Shown: positions 8,897 through 18,213 of the stretch, piece after piece | Position numbering within the stretch: position 1 is the stretch's first letter | Layout: every line of letters begins with the position of its first letter | The notes under the pieces: model-generated | The model's database searches: none | What the model saw: only the letters and a program-made list of their open reading frames with translations | Told to the model about the DNA's origin: nothing | Made by a program: the position numbers and the translations under genes | Assembly: GCA_043805415.1 (NCBI GenBank) | Contig: JAZDHZ010000010.1 | Coordinates: 1 to 60,274, forward strand | Origin: Candidatus Omnitrophota bacterium | GTDB lineage: Bacteria; Omnitrophota; Gorgyraeia; B26-G9 | Direction of reading: 5' to 3' | DNA length: 60,274 nucleotides

Positions 8897-11410
8897 ATGG
8901 GGAAAAAAAGATTTTATCTATCCGCGATTAAACAAGTCTCAGCGAGTTTTTTATTTTTTTGCCAAAAGATTAAAGCATTGAGTAATTTAAAAAGATTATG
9001 CTTTTTTATTCTATTGTCAGCTTTATTCTTGGTTGATAATGTATCAGCAGCTAATCAAATGCCCACAGATAGTTATACATTCTGGGTGCTGACAAATGCT
9101 CCGGATAGTTCAGCGCCACTTTTTCAAGGATGTCTCCCCGCGCCTGATGCTCTGGGCATATCTCGATCAACTAATATCAAAGCCTGTATATTTGATACCC
9201 AGTCCGCGATAGATTACAGTTCTATAGATATGGCAGTAAATGGTACGCTGATTATAAGCAATGGCATTGTTCAGACTTATCAAGATCCAGAGGGTAATAC
9301 GCAGTACTATCAAGTAGAAATAGTGGAAAAAACAGTTAATGAGTATGTCTTGATGTATGACCCTGTTGAATGTTTTAATTATGAAGAAAATGTGGTAGTT
9401 ACATTAAGCGTGTCCGATGTTAACGGTAACGATGTTAACGCGTATAATTATGCTTTTAAAATACAGAATTTTCAAATGGGTGCAGTCAGTTCTTTTTTTA
9501 ACGCGGAACCTTTAAACATTAGTTTAGCGGCGCAAACAGCGGATACTGGATTTATGCAGGATAATGCTGTGATCGCGAATTCAGTTGATGGTAAGCATGT
9601 GTTCATTGTTTGGGAACAGCGCAGCAGTTCAGGGGTATGGGATATTTATTGCGTAAGATCAAATGATTTTGGTAAAACTTTTGCCGCTCCAGTCAGAGTA
9701 AATCCTGATGCAGCTGGCGCAGAACAGCGCTTTCCCTGCATTGCTTTAGATAGCCTGAATAATGTATATGTCAGTTGGCAGCAAAAGACAATAGCCGGAG
9801 ACTGGGATATTTATATTGCTAAAATGAATAGCAATGAAAGTTTATTTAGTCCTAGTCAGCGCGTATACGCGGATTATAACGCAACCAACCAGTTATATCC
9901 CGCGATAACAGCGGGGCCTGCATTGCAAAGCGATGGGCTTTCCGAGACGCAGGAACCGTCAACAGTATATGCGGTTTGGGTTGAGGATAATGGAGTGAGT
10001 TCCAGTGTGCGTTATACAAGAACCACAGCATCTTATAGTGATGCTTGGGATGTTTTTGTCAGCAATAGCATCCGGATTGATCAAGATCGCTCACAGCAGT
10101 GCAAAGACCCGATAATAAAACTTGATGCCAGCTCTCGAACTTTTGTGGCTTGGCGCGCAGAGAATGAAAATGGAACTTCCAGTATTTATTTTGATCTAGC
10201 GAGTAAAAATGCAGTTGATGGAAAGGAAAGTTTTGGTACGGATATCACTGTGAGTAACAGTACCAGCGCAGCGATAGAGCCTGAGCTCGAGGTGTCATTA
10301 GACGGCAATAATATTTACCTGCTGTGGAAAGAGTTATTATTAACACAAGCTAATTTAAAGTTTTCTTATTATCGGTATAGTAATGGTTATTACACTTTGA
10401 ATACTGCTAAAACAGTTAATGCCAACATATTGAGCGATCAAGCTCTCGGCAGTTATGATCTTTCTATCGATAATGGCGGAGATGTATCAGCGATATGGAG
10501 TGAGGTTGATAATACTAATACAATTATTAAGTTGTCCGGAGCGGCTTATAATGCTTATAATTTTTCGGAATTTGCTTTAATCAAAACCCCGGGGGTTCAG
10601 AAAAACCCTTGTTTAGGTATTGACGCCCAGGGGGGGCATTATTATCTGGGCTGGACAGATAACAGTAATGGCTATGACGCGATATGTTTTTGCCGGAATA
10701 CGTATATCATTACTGATGAAATTACTGCTCAGAAAATAGATAATGATCTTGGCGGCTCTTTGACTGTTACTCAGGGCAGTATCAGCGGAACAAGCATTGA
10801 AATTCCGGCTGAAGCAATTGATACGCCGATTACAGTTACAATCGCTGAGTCTGTAGGCGCTCCAGATACTGATGGCACGATTAACAGGATTAGTAATGTT
10901 GTTGATTTTGGTCCTGGGCAGATGCTGTTCAATGCTCCGGTTCAAATCACGCTGCCATATAATAATGAAATTATAGACAATAGTAATTTAAACATATTTT
11001 ATTATAATATTGGCGCTCTGGCATGGGAAGTAGTTCCTGGCGGGGTAGTGGATGTTGTTAATAGAACTATTTCAGCGAATATAAGCCATTTTTCGATTTA
11101 TATGGTTGCTGAGGAAATTGTTCCTAGCTCAGGGACTACTCCGGTTGCCAGCAGCGGAGGAGGCGGTGGCGGAGGATGTTTTATTGCTACAGCGGCATTT
11201 GGTACCAGTACTGCTAAACAAGTCGATGTATTGCGTAAATTTCGAGACAGGTATTTATTAACCAATAAATTAGGAATAATTTTTGTGCGAAACTATTATA
11301 AATACAGCCCGCCGCTTGCTGATAAAATAAGAAATAATAATAACCTAAGAGCGCTGATCCGCGTAGGTCTTAAGCCTTTGATTTGGTTAAGTAAATCAAT
11401 CTGCGAGTAA
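8897..11410 (+). CDS. Large secreted BNR/Asp-box (sialidase-fold-like) protein with a C-terminal [10 protein letters not shown] box
   Basis: 837 aa with an N-terminal hydrophobic signal/anchor. One Asp-box is SNDFGKTF, and W-rich beta-propeller-like repeats recur ([44 protein letters not shown]). A poly-Gly linker precedes [28 protein letters not shown]. Confidence 0.6.
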   Translation: MGKKRFYLSAIKQVSASFLFFCQKIKALSNLKRLCFFILLSALFLVDNVSAANQMPTDSYTFWVLTNAPDSSAPLFQGCLPAPDALGISRSTNIKACIFDTQSAIDYSSIDMAVNGTLIISNGIVQTYQDPEGNTQYYQVEIVEKTVNEYVLMYDPVECFNYEENVVVTLSVSDVNGNDVNAYNYAFKIQNFQMGAVSSFFNAEPLNISLAAQTADTGFMQDNAVIANSVDGKHVFIVWEQRSSSGVWDIYCVRSNDFGKTFAAPVRVNPDAAGAEQRFPCIALDSLNNVYVSWQQKTIAGDWDIYIAKMNSNESLFSPSQRVYADYNATNQLYPAITAGPALQSDGLSETQEPSTVYAVWVEDNGVSSSVRYTRTTASYSDAWDVFVSNSIRIDQDRSQQCKDPIIKLDASSRTFVAWRAENENGTSSIYFDLASKNAVDGKESFGTDITVSNSTSAAIEPELEVSLDGNNIYLLWKELLLTQANLKFSYYRYSNGYYTLNTAKTVNANILSDQALGSYDLSIDNGGDVSAIWSEVDNTNTIIKLSGAAYNAYNFSEFALIKTPGVQKNPCLGIDAQGGHYYLGWTDNSNGYDAICFCRNTYIITDEITAQKIDNDLGGSLTVTQGSISGTSIEIPAEAIDTPITVTIAESVGAPDTDGTINRISNVVDFGPGQMLFNAPVQITLPYNNEIIDNSNLNIFYYNIGALAWEVVPGGVVDVVNRTISANISHFSIYMVAEEIVPSSGTTPVASSGGGGGGGCFIATAAFGTSTAKQVDVLRKFRDRYLLTNKLGIIFVRNYYKYSPPLADKIRNNNNLRALIRVGLKPLIWLSKSICE

Positions 11411-11482
11411 TTTTTCTGTAAACAGTCTGCTAATATTAGGGATTAAGTATTCTGATTGAAAAATAGCGAACAATATTTTAAT

Positions 11483-11511
11483 TTGACATAGCCGCAATGC
11501 CATGCTAACAT
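11483..11511 (+). promoter_or_regulatory. Sigma70-like promoter (TTGACA-17-TAACAT)
   Basis: TTGACA at 11483..11488, a 17-nt spacer, TAACAT at 11506..11511. It lies upstream of the ATG at 11561. Confidence 0.4.
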
Positions 11512-11560
11512 ACAATCACATTTCCACTTTTATCACGCGATAACCAACGAAAAATACTAA

Positions 11561-13303
11561 ATGACAAACAAAAAACCATACATTAAATGTTTTGGAATTA
11601 TATTTTTTTTATTTATATTTTCCGCAATGTCTTATGCTGCGGAAATTATTTTTTTAGATGCTGCTTCTTCCGAAAGCCAAACTTCAGGTTTAAATCAATT
11701 TTCCTTTTCGCAAAGGCTCCATGATCTTACTGATTTTGCTTCCTATAAGCAATATGGACCGGATCGTTCGGGCATGATTAACGGAAGAGTGTCCACACAG
11801 GTAGAATTTACCAATGTTTCCGGTAATCAGACAAAATCGTTTTACCGCGATAGCAATGAAGACTATCAGGCAGATCTTAGTTTGAATATTTTTGAAAAAC
11901 TGCCCAACGGATATCAGCTGCAAAGCCAGTCTGCTGTGCGGAAAACTGATAATTCCCGGGTTGAATCCAGCCGCGATGTGAAGATTAAACAGTTCAATAT
12001 CTCCGCGCGCAATGATGACAATCTTTTTGAATTAGGCGATTTTTATGCTGATTTCAGTCAGTTTGTTATGGGCAGCAGCCTTGAAGGGGCAAACGCTCAA
12101 ATGAAAGTCTCTGATTTAATAGAATTAAAAACAGTTGCCGCGCGTAAATATGCAAGCGATTCCGCGGCCGGTCTTTTTCAGCGCGACGTCGCGGGATTAA
12201 AAACCGACACTTTTTTATTGGAAGATTCTGAATTATTTTCCTTATTTCGTTTGGGAGTCCAGGGAGTAAGTGTTCAGGATGATAGCTCAACTATTCCGGA
12301 TAATTCCAGCAGCTTAGATTTAAATAACTCGGTGTATGGTGTTGATGGCGAAATGCGCATGCAGAACGGTACTTCTTTATTATTTGAACTTGCCCGCGGC
12401 CGCTATATAAAAGATGAGGATGTGGCTGCTAAAGAGATTAACTCTGGTTTGGCATTTAGGGTGCAGCCGGGATTTCGTTATGAAGACTGGTTTAATCTTC
12501 GATACCTTTATTATTATGTTCAGCCTGAATTTTATAGTGAAGTAGGCTCTGCTTCATCAGATAAGATCCAGCATCAGATGGTAGTTGACTTGCGGCTTAG
12601 CGAAAAAAATATTCTTTCTTTAACCGAGAATCTATATTGGGATCATCTGGACGACAGCAAGCTTACCAAGCGGACAACTAATAATGATCAATATATTTCA
12701 CTAACTACCCGCCCTTTTGAGGATAATAAAGATTTTTCCATCCGGACATATGTAAACTGTTTGGATAAAAACTCAGATGATTTGCCTAATAGCGCCGAAT
12801 CAACCACCGCAACATATGGTCTTTCCTTAAATACTCGGATATCCGAAGCATTTTTGGGTGTGTTTTTTGAACACCGCTATTTTGATGATAAAGCAGCTGG
12901 CGCAGCTACAGAATCTTTTCAGCGTTTTGGCAGCAGTTTTAGCCGGGATTTTACTGTGGGAAAACGCAGGCTTTATCTGGCGGCAAATTACAGCGTTGAT
13001 GCCAGAGATACGCGCAATGATGAAAACCTTAGCCTTAGCAATGGATTATCATTAACTGGCCGTTATGAAATTAGTGATCCTTTGAACTTTAACTTTGGTT
13101 ATAATCTGATGGTTGCCGATAATGCCGAACCTTTGGAAGATTATTATACGAATAAGACATATGGAGAACTTTCCTATAAACTCAAAGGTGAGCGCAATGG
13201 AGTTATTACTACCAGGGCGGAACTGAATAATTATCTTTATGACAGTGATAATGGCGATTATCAGGAAAAAAGATTTGTTTTGAAATTTGCCAGCAACTTT
13301 TAA
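11561..13303 (+). CDS. Outer-membrane beta-barrel protein (unknown family)
   Basis: Signal peptide (IIFFLFIFSAMSYA), alternating beta-strand pattern, and a C-terminal KFASNF ending in Phe, which is typical of OMPs. Confidence 0.6.
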   Translation: MTNKKPYIKCFGIIFFLFIFSAMSYAAEIIFLDAASSESQTSGLNQFSFSQRLHDLTDFASYKQYGPDRSGMINGRVSTQVEFTNVSGNQTKSFYRDSNEDYQADLSLNIFEKLPNGYQLQSQSAVRKTDNSRVESSRDVKIKQFNISARNDDNLFELGDFYADFSQFVMGSSLEGANAQMKVSDLIELKTVAARKYASDSAAGLFQRDVAGLKTDTFLLEDSELFSLFRLGVQGVSVQDDSSTIPDNSSSLDLNNSVYGVDGEMRMQNGTSLLFELARGRYIKDEDVAAKEINSGLAFRVQPGFRYEDWFNLRYLYYYVQPEFYSEVGSASSDKIQHQMVVDLRLSEKNILSLTENLYWDHLDDSKLTKRTTNNDQYISLTTRPFEDNKDFSIRTYVNCLDKNSDDLPNSAESTTATYGLSLNTRISEAFLGVFFEHRYFDDKAAGAATESFQRFGSSFSRDFTVGKRRLYLAANYSVDARDTRNDENLSLSNGLSLTGRYEISDPLNFNFGYNLMVADNAEPLEDYYTNKTYGELSYKLKGERNGVITTRAELNNYLYDSDNGDYQEKRFVLKFASNF

Positions 13304-13317
13304 TCAAGGCGGTAATT

Positions 13318-13758
13318 ATGCGTAACTTTAAAAAAAGATTATTATTTATTCTTTTCGGTTTAATTTTTTTCTGCCCAGCTGCTCTTAGCCAGATAGATAT
13401 TCAGCAGGAATTGGATACAGGCGCAACAGCAGTTAATAAAATTTTTAACATGTATTCCAGCTATTCACAAGCTGGATTCGATTCTGTGGTCTCCAATGAT
13501 TTTATGCCTTTGCGCAGCGAGTTTATGAGCAAAGTTGATGCTTCAGCTGTAAATGAGCAGGCCTTAGAGTTTAATGTTTCCGTGGATCAGGTGCTTATAT
13601 TAGAAAAGAAGATGGCAGTTATGTGTCAGTGGTATAAAAAATTCACTGTTTCCAAAACTCCTGGTCAACAAAAAACCCAAGGTAAATCTGAGCTGATTTT
13701 CCAGCTTGAAGGCGATCAGTGGAAACTGGTTAAACTAAACGGTGATAATCCGTTTTAA
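13318..13758 (+). CDS. Small secreted protein, possibly NTF2/SnoaL-like fold
   Basis: Signal peptide (LFILFGLIFFCPAALSQ) and a C-terminal ...GDQWKLVKLNGDNPF. No recognisable catalytic motif. Confidence 0.35.
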   Translation: MRNFKKRLLFILFGLIFFCPAALSQIDIQQELDTGATAVNKIFNMYSSYSQAGFDSVVSNDFMPLRSEFMSKVDASAVNEQALEFNVSVDQVLILEKKMAVMCQWYKKFTVSKTPGQQKTQGKSELIFQLEGDQWKLVKLNGDNPF

Positions 13759-13814
13759 TGGTAATTAAATAAGTAATAAATAAAATTCCTCTCTACTATT
13801 TTAAACACTCTAAT

Positions 13815-13843
13815 TTGACAAAGTGGTTAAACTCGGCTATACT
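13815..13843 (+). promoter_or_regulatory. Near-consensus sigma70 promoter (TTGACA-17-TATACT) about 300 nt upstream of arsR
   Basis: TTGACA at 13815..13820, a 17-nt spacer, TATACT at 13838..13843. A transcript from here would run through repeat region R3 before reaching the ATG at 14146. Confidence 0.45.
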
Positions 13844-13895
13844 ATATAGCAAGATGGCTATATAAATCATGTATAAGTAAAGCGCGACAAGACAC

Positions 13896-14122
13896 AAGGG
13901 CGCAAAAGCAGTTATGAATGACTAATTATGAGTTACGAGTGAAAAGCAGGAAGCGCTTCGCGCTTAGCTCATAGCTCATGGCTCATAGCAAAAACAAGGC
14001 GCAGGAACAAGTTAATAGTGACAAGTTACTGGTCAACTGGCTAACAGGCTAACACAAGGACACAAGAGCAGGAATTAGGAAGTTAGCTGTTAGTTTTTTA
14101 CGCAATACGCACGACGCGATAC
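13896..14122. repeat. Mosaic intergenic 'word' repeat region R3
   Basis: 13896..13949 matches 22802..22855 (54 nt, 2 mismatches). 13943..13976 matches 21961..21994 (34 nt, 2 mismatches). 14081..14122 matches 22918..22959 (42 nt, 1 mismatch). Confidence 0.8.
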
Positions 14123-14145
14123 TGAACAAGAAGCAAAGGGAATTT

Positions 14146-14484
14146 ATGCGGAAACTGGAAAAAATATTTAAAGCATTGGCTGATATCAACCGGCTGCGGA
14201 TAATAAAAATGCTGCAAAAACAGAAACAGTGCGTGTGTGAGCTGGCTTTTGTTCTGGGCATTACTCAGCCCAGTGTTTCCCGTCATCTTAAAAAACTAAA
14301 AAATGCCGGCTTAATTGATTGTGAGAAAAATGGGTTTTGGACAGATTATTATTTGGTCGAAGCCGGCCAATATTCTAAGCTGATTATCCAGTATCTTAAA
14401 CAATGCGCTGAAAATGATAATCAGGTGAGAAAAGATTTAGAGAAAATTAAAAAAGCCAATCGCCAGAAACTTTGCTGTAAATAA
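14146..14484 (+). CDS. arsR: ArsR/SmtB-family metalloregulator
   Basis: LADINRLRIIKMLQKQKQCVCELAFVLGITQPSVSRHLKKLKNAGLI is an ArsR wHTH with a CVC metal/metalloid site. Confidence 0.85.
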   Translation: MRKLEKIFKALADINRLRIIKMLQKQKQCVCELAFVLGITQPSVSRHLKKLKNAGLIDCEKNGFWTDYYLVEAGQYSKLIIQYLKQCAENDNQVRKDLEKIKKANRQKLCCK

Positions 14485-14532
14485 TATTTTTTATAAAAAT
14501 AAATAGCATTTTTGCTGTATGGGGGTAAAACA

Positions 14533-15705
14533 ATGAAAGAATGGAAAAAGTTTTTATTAATGCTAATCGGCTTTCTGGCATGTTTTTATTTACCGATTGA
14601 GCTTTTAGCATTTCGCAATCCGCTTTTTGAAGCTTTAGCTCTGGTTAAATGGTATGCCAGAGAGCATGTTTTACTTTGTCTGGTGCCGGCTTTTTTTATT
14701 GCCGGAGCGGTTTCAGTGTTTATCAGCCAGGCCTCAGTAATTAAATATTTCGGAGCCAAAGCAAATAAAATTTTAGCTTATAGCGTTGCTTCAATTTCCG
14801 GGACTATTCTCGCTGTATGTTCCTGCACTGTTCTGCCTTTATTTTCCGGTATATATAAAAGAGGCGCGGGATTAGGCCCGGCAACAACTTTTCTTTATTC
14901 CGGACCGGCAATCAATATCCTGGCGATTATTATGACCGCGCGGATCTTAGGCTGGCAGCTGGGTTTAGCCCGAGCTGTGGGAGCGATTATCTTCAGTATT
15001 ATAATCGGACTGCTAATGCAGCTTATATTTTTAAAAGAAGAACGGGAAAGAAAAACAGAAGGGGATTTATTAGCAATCGAGAAAAAAGAACCCAGAAGCT
15101 TATGGCAGCATGCTTTGTATTTTCTGTCAATGGTAGGATTTCTCGTGTTTGCTAATTGGGCCAGACCTTTAGCTGGCGACAGCGGTTTGTGGGCATTTAT
15201 ATTTTCGCTAAAATGGTATGTATCAGCGGGATTTTTATTGCTGATCGGACTTATGCTCAGTAAATGGTTTAAAAAACCAGAGATTATTGATTGGACGCAG
15301 AGTTCCTGGACATTTGCCAAACAGATAATGCCTTTGCTTTTGTTCGGAGTGATTATTTCCGGGTTTTTACTGGGCCGGCCGAATCATGAAGGACTGATTC
15401 CCTCCTGGATAATTGTCCAGGCAGTTGGCGGTAATTCCTTATTGGCTAATTTCTTCGCGTCATTTGTCGGAGCGTTTATGTATTTTGCTACTTTAACTGA
15501 AGTACCGATTCTCCAAGGTCTGATCGGCTCAGGCATGGGCAAAGGCCCGGCCCTGGCTTTGCTTTTAGCCGGACCAGCCTTGAGCTTGCCGAATATGCTG
15601 GTTATTCGCAAAGTTATTGGTACAAAAAAAACCATTGTTTATGTCAGCTTAGTGATTGTTATGGCCACATTAAGCGGAATTATGTTCGGTTTAATTGTAA
15701 AATAG
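14533..15705 (+). CDS. ArsP-like permease (two-domain membrane permease with a CxC motif)
   Basis: Polytopic membrane protein with SGTILAVCSCTVLPLF. The ATG at 14533 follows a GGGGG RBS, whereas the ORF-track TTG at 14512 has none. Confidence 0.7.
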   Translation: MKEWKKFLLMLIGFLACFYLPIELLAFRNPLFEALALVKWYAREHVLLCLVPAFFIAGAVSVFISQASVIKYFGAKANKILAYSVASISGTILAVCSCTVLPLFSGIYKRGAGLGPATTFLYSGPAINILAIIMTARILGWQLGLARAVGAIIFSIIIGLLMQLIFLKEERERKTEGDLLAIEKKEPRSLWQHALYFLSMVGFLVFANWARPLAGDSGLWAFIFSLKWYVSAGFLLLIGLMLSKWFKKPEIIDWTQSSWTFAKQIMPLLLFGVIISGFLLGRPNHEGLIPSWIIVQAVGGNSLLANFFASFVGAFMYFATLTEVPILQGLIGSGMGKGPALALLLAGPALSLPNMLVIRKVIGTKKTIVYVSLVIVMATLSGIMFGLIVK

Positions 15706-15714
15706 GAGGTTGTG

Positions 15715-15948
15715 ATGAAGATTGAAATACTGGGCATGGGCTGTCCAAAATGCAAAAAATTATATGAAAATGTTCAGGAAGCAGTTAAGCAAGAAAATAT
15801 TGATGCGGAGATTTTAAAGGTCACGGAAATAAATAAGATAATGGAGTACGGGGTTATGATTACTCCTGCTTTAGTGGTTGACGGAGAAGTTAAGGCTGCC
15901 GGGAAAATCCCTTCAGTTGATGAAATTATGAATTGGATTACCGCATAA
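15715..15948 (+). CDS. Small thioredoxin-fold redox-active disulfide protein
   Basis: MKIEILGMGCPKCKKLYENV (CxxC) and a length of about 77 aa. An AGGAGG RBS sits 5 nt upstream of the ATG at 15715. This family is typically paired with ArsP-like permeases. Confidence 0.75.
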   Translation: MKIEILGMGCPKCKKLYENVQEAVKQENIDAEILKVTEINKIMEYGVMITPALVVDGEVKAAGKIPSVDEIMNWITA

Positions 15949-15962
15949 AAGAGGAGAAAAAT

Positions 15963-16400
15963 ATGGCAAATACAACGAAGATCTTTTTAGTAATAGCAAT
16001 AATTGTTCTGGGAGCGTTTATGCTGCAGCATAATTCCAATAAAGGCTGCGGTAATGGTGTGTGCGGTTTATTACCTGCCGCGATGGCGGAAACTTCGGAT
16101 TTACCAGAGAAAGCTGAACAGATTAGTTTTGTGGAGCTGGGATCGGTAAATTGCATTCCTTGCAAGCAGATGCAGCCGATTATGGAGGAAATCGAGAAAG
16201 AATATACTGGAAAAGTAAAAGTTGTATTCCATGATGTTTGGACAGAAGAAGGCAGGAAGTATGGTAATGAGTACCATATCCGGGTTATCCCGACACAAGT
16301 ATTTCTGGATAGAACCGGTAAAGAAATATTCCGTCATGAAGGATTTTTCCCAAAATCAGAGATTGAAAAAATCTTAAATAACGCTGGAGTTTTAAAATGA
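15963..16400 (+). CDS. Membrane-anchored thioredoxin-like protein (CIPC active site)
   Basis: N-terminal TM helix (IFLVIAIIVLGAFML) and a thioredoxin fold with SVNCIPCKQM. The ATG at 15963 has an AAGAGGAG RBS. Confidence 0.75.
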   Translation: MANTTKIFLVIAIIVLGAFMLQHNSNKGCGNGVCGLLPAAMAETSDLPEKAEQISFVELGSVNCIPCKQMQPIMEEIEKEYTGKVKVVFHDVWTEEGRKYGNEYHIRVIPTQVFLDRTGKEIFRHEGFFPKSEIEKILNNAGVLK

Positions 16401-17098
16401 TAATGTGTTTATTTGAAATATTAACTAATGCCTTAAACGGTACGCCGTTTATTGCCGTAAGCGCGGCGTTTGCCTGGGGGGTATTGAGTATCCTGCTTAG
16501 CCCTTGTCATCTGGCAAGTATCCCGCTGATAATTGGGTTTATTAATGATCAGGGAAAGATATCGACAAAAAGGGCGTTTGTATTAGCGCTGCTTTTTTCT
16601 TTAGGAATCCTTATAACCATAGCTATTATCGGGGTGATTACCGCGGGCATGGGCAGAATGCTTGGTGATATCGGCAGTTGGGGTAATTATTTTGTCGCAA
16701 TTATTTTTCTGGCAGTAGGATTGCATTTATCAGGACTTCTGCCATTGTCTTTCATAAATGGGGTAAGCCAGCCAGGCATGAAAAAAAAGGGGTTATTGGC
16801 TGCTTTACTGCTCGGCCTTATATTCGGTATCGCGCTTGGCCCGTGCACCTTCGCGTATATGGCTCCGATGCTGGCGATTACTTTTTCCCTGTCTTCGACA
16901 AAATTCCTGTATGGAATAATCCTTCTTATGGCTTATGGAATCGGGCATTGCTCGGTGATTATATTTGCCGGAACATTTACGGAAATGGTAGAGCGGTATC
17001 TTAAATGGAATGAAAACTCAAAAGGAGTGCTTATCCTGAAAAAGATATGCGGTTTTTTGGTAATCTTAGCAGGGATATATCTATTATTTAAAAGATAA
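16397..17098 (+). CDS. ccdA: CcdA/DsbD-type thiol:disulfide electron-transfer membrane protein
   Basis: Six TM helices with the two conserved Cys motifs [10 protein letters not shown] and [11 protein letters not shown]. Start overlaps the upstream stop (ATGA). Confidence 0.8.
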   Translation: MIMCLFEILTNALNGTPFIAVSAAFAWGVLSILLSPCHLASIPLIIGFINDQGKISTKRAFVLALLFSLGILITIAIIGVITAGMGRMLGDIGSWGNYFVAIIFLAVGLHLSGLLPLSFINGVSQPGMKKKGLLAALLLGLIFGIALGPCTFAYMAPMLAITFSLSSTKFLYGIILLMAYGIGHCSVIIFAGTFTEMVERYLKWNENSKGVLILKKICGFLVILAGIYLLFKR

Positions 17099-17118
17099 TT
17101 AATGTGAGGGAAAAGATT

Positions 17119-18186
17119 ATGTCAGAAGAGATAAAATTAGGGTTTTTTGAAAAATATCTAACCATTTGGGTTATCGCCTGCATTGGCTTAGGGATATTTT
17201 TAGGGAAATTATTTCCCCAGGCTGCGGTTACATTAGACAGTATCTCAATTTATCATGTGTCTATTCCGATTGCCGTCTGTCTTTTTTTTATGATGTATCC
17301 GATTATGGTGAAGATTGATTTCAGCGAAGTTATTAAGGCCGGCAAGACGCCTAAGCCGGTATTGCTTACATTGTTTGTAAATTGGGGGATTAAGCCGTTT
17401 ACGATGTTTGCCATCGCCACATTTTTTCTTGGATTTGTTTTTAAACAGTGGCTGCCGGGTTTAGAGATTATCAAGGACGGAACTCAGGTTGAACTGTATC
17501 GTTCTTATATTGCCGGCTGTATTTTGCTGGGCATCGCGCCCTGCACGGCCATGGTTCTTGTCTGGGGGCACCTGGCTAAGGGCAATGATGGACATACTCT
17601 GGTTATGGTCGCGATAAATTCGCTGACAATGTTGTTTCTGTACGCGCCATTAGGCGGATGGCTGCTTGGGATAAATCAGATGCCGATCCCTTGGCAGACT
17701 ATTGTTATCTCAGTAGTGATGTATGTTGGCATGCCTTTACTTCTAGGATATTATTCAAGGAAATTCATTGTTGCCAAAATGGGGTTTAGCTGGTTTGAGG
17801 ATAAGTTTATTCATTATCTTACACCGGTTTCAATCAGCGCGCTGCTGGTTACTCTGGTTCTTTTGTTTTCGTTTAAGGGAGAGCTGATCATTGATCAGCC
17901 GCAGGTGATTTTGCTGATCGCGATTCCGCTTTTTATCCAAACTTGCCTGATTTTCGCGATTACTTACGGGTTGGCTTTATGGTTAAAATTGCCTTATAAG
18001 GATGCCGCGCCTTCTGCCTTGGTTGGAGCAAGCAATCATTTTGAAGTTGCCATCGCGACTTCGGCGATGCTGTTCGGCCTTTCATCAGGAGCTTCTTTGG
18101 CAACTGTGGTTGGGGTAATTATTGAAGTGCCGGTAATGCTTATTTTAGTCAGGGTGTGTTTGAAAACCAGGAATATTTTTAAATAA
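17119..18186 (+). CDS. acr3: ACR3-family arsenite efflux transporter
   Basis: FEKYLTIWV start region and [14 protein letters not shown] (the ACR3 conserved Cys motif). About 10 TM helices. The ATG at 17119 follows GAGGGA. Confidence 0.85.
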   Translation: MSEEIKLGFFEKYLTIWVIACIGLGIFLGKLFPQAAVTLDSISIYHVSIPIAVCLFFMMYPIMVKIDFSEVIKAGKTPKPVLLTLFVNWGIKPFTMFAIATFFLGFVFKQWLPGLEIIKDGTQVELYRSYIAGCILLGIAPCTAMVLVWGHLAKGNDGHTLVMVAINSLTMLFLYAPLGGWLLGINQMPIPWQTIVISVVMYVGMPLLLGYYSRKFIVAKMGFSWFEDKFIHYLTPVSISALLVTLVLLFSFKGELIIDQPQVILLIAIPLFIQTCLIFAITYGLALWLKLPYKDAAPSALVGASNHFEVAIATSAMLFGLSSGASLATVVGVIIEVPVMLILVRVCLKTRNIFK

Positions 18187-18213
18187 GTTTTTCTAAGTAA
18201 GGCTAGTCTCAAT

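Noticed and set aside
13860-14140. Possible CRISPR array in the repeat-rich intergenic regions (also 21922..22160, 22750..22967, 26634..26709, 27240..27410)
   Set aside because: There is no constant-length direct repeat alternating with unique spacers. The repeats are heterogeneous modules in both orientations, and no cas genes are in the window.
14049-14286. Minus-strand ORFs 14049..14261 and 14098..14286
   Set aside because: They are antisense to arsR and run into the R3 repeat mosaic. arsR has clear family motifs, so these are shadow ORFs.
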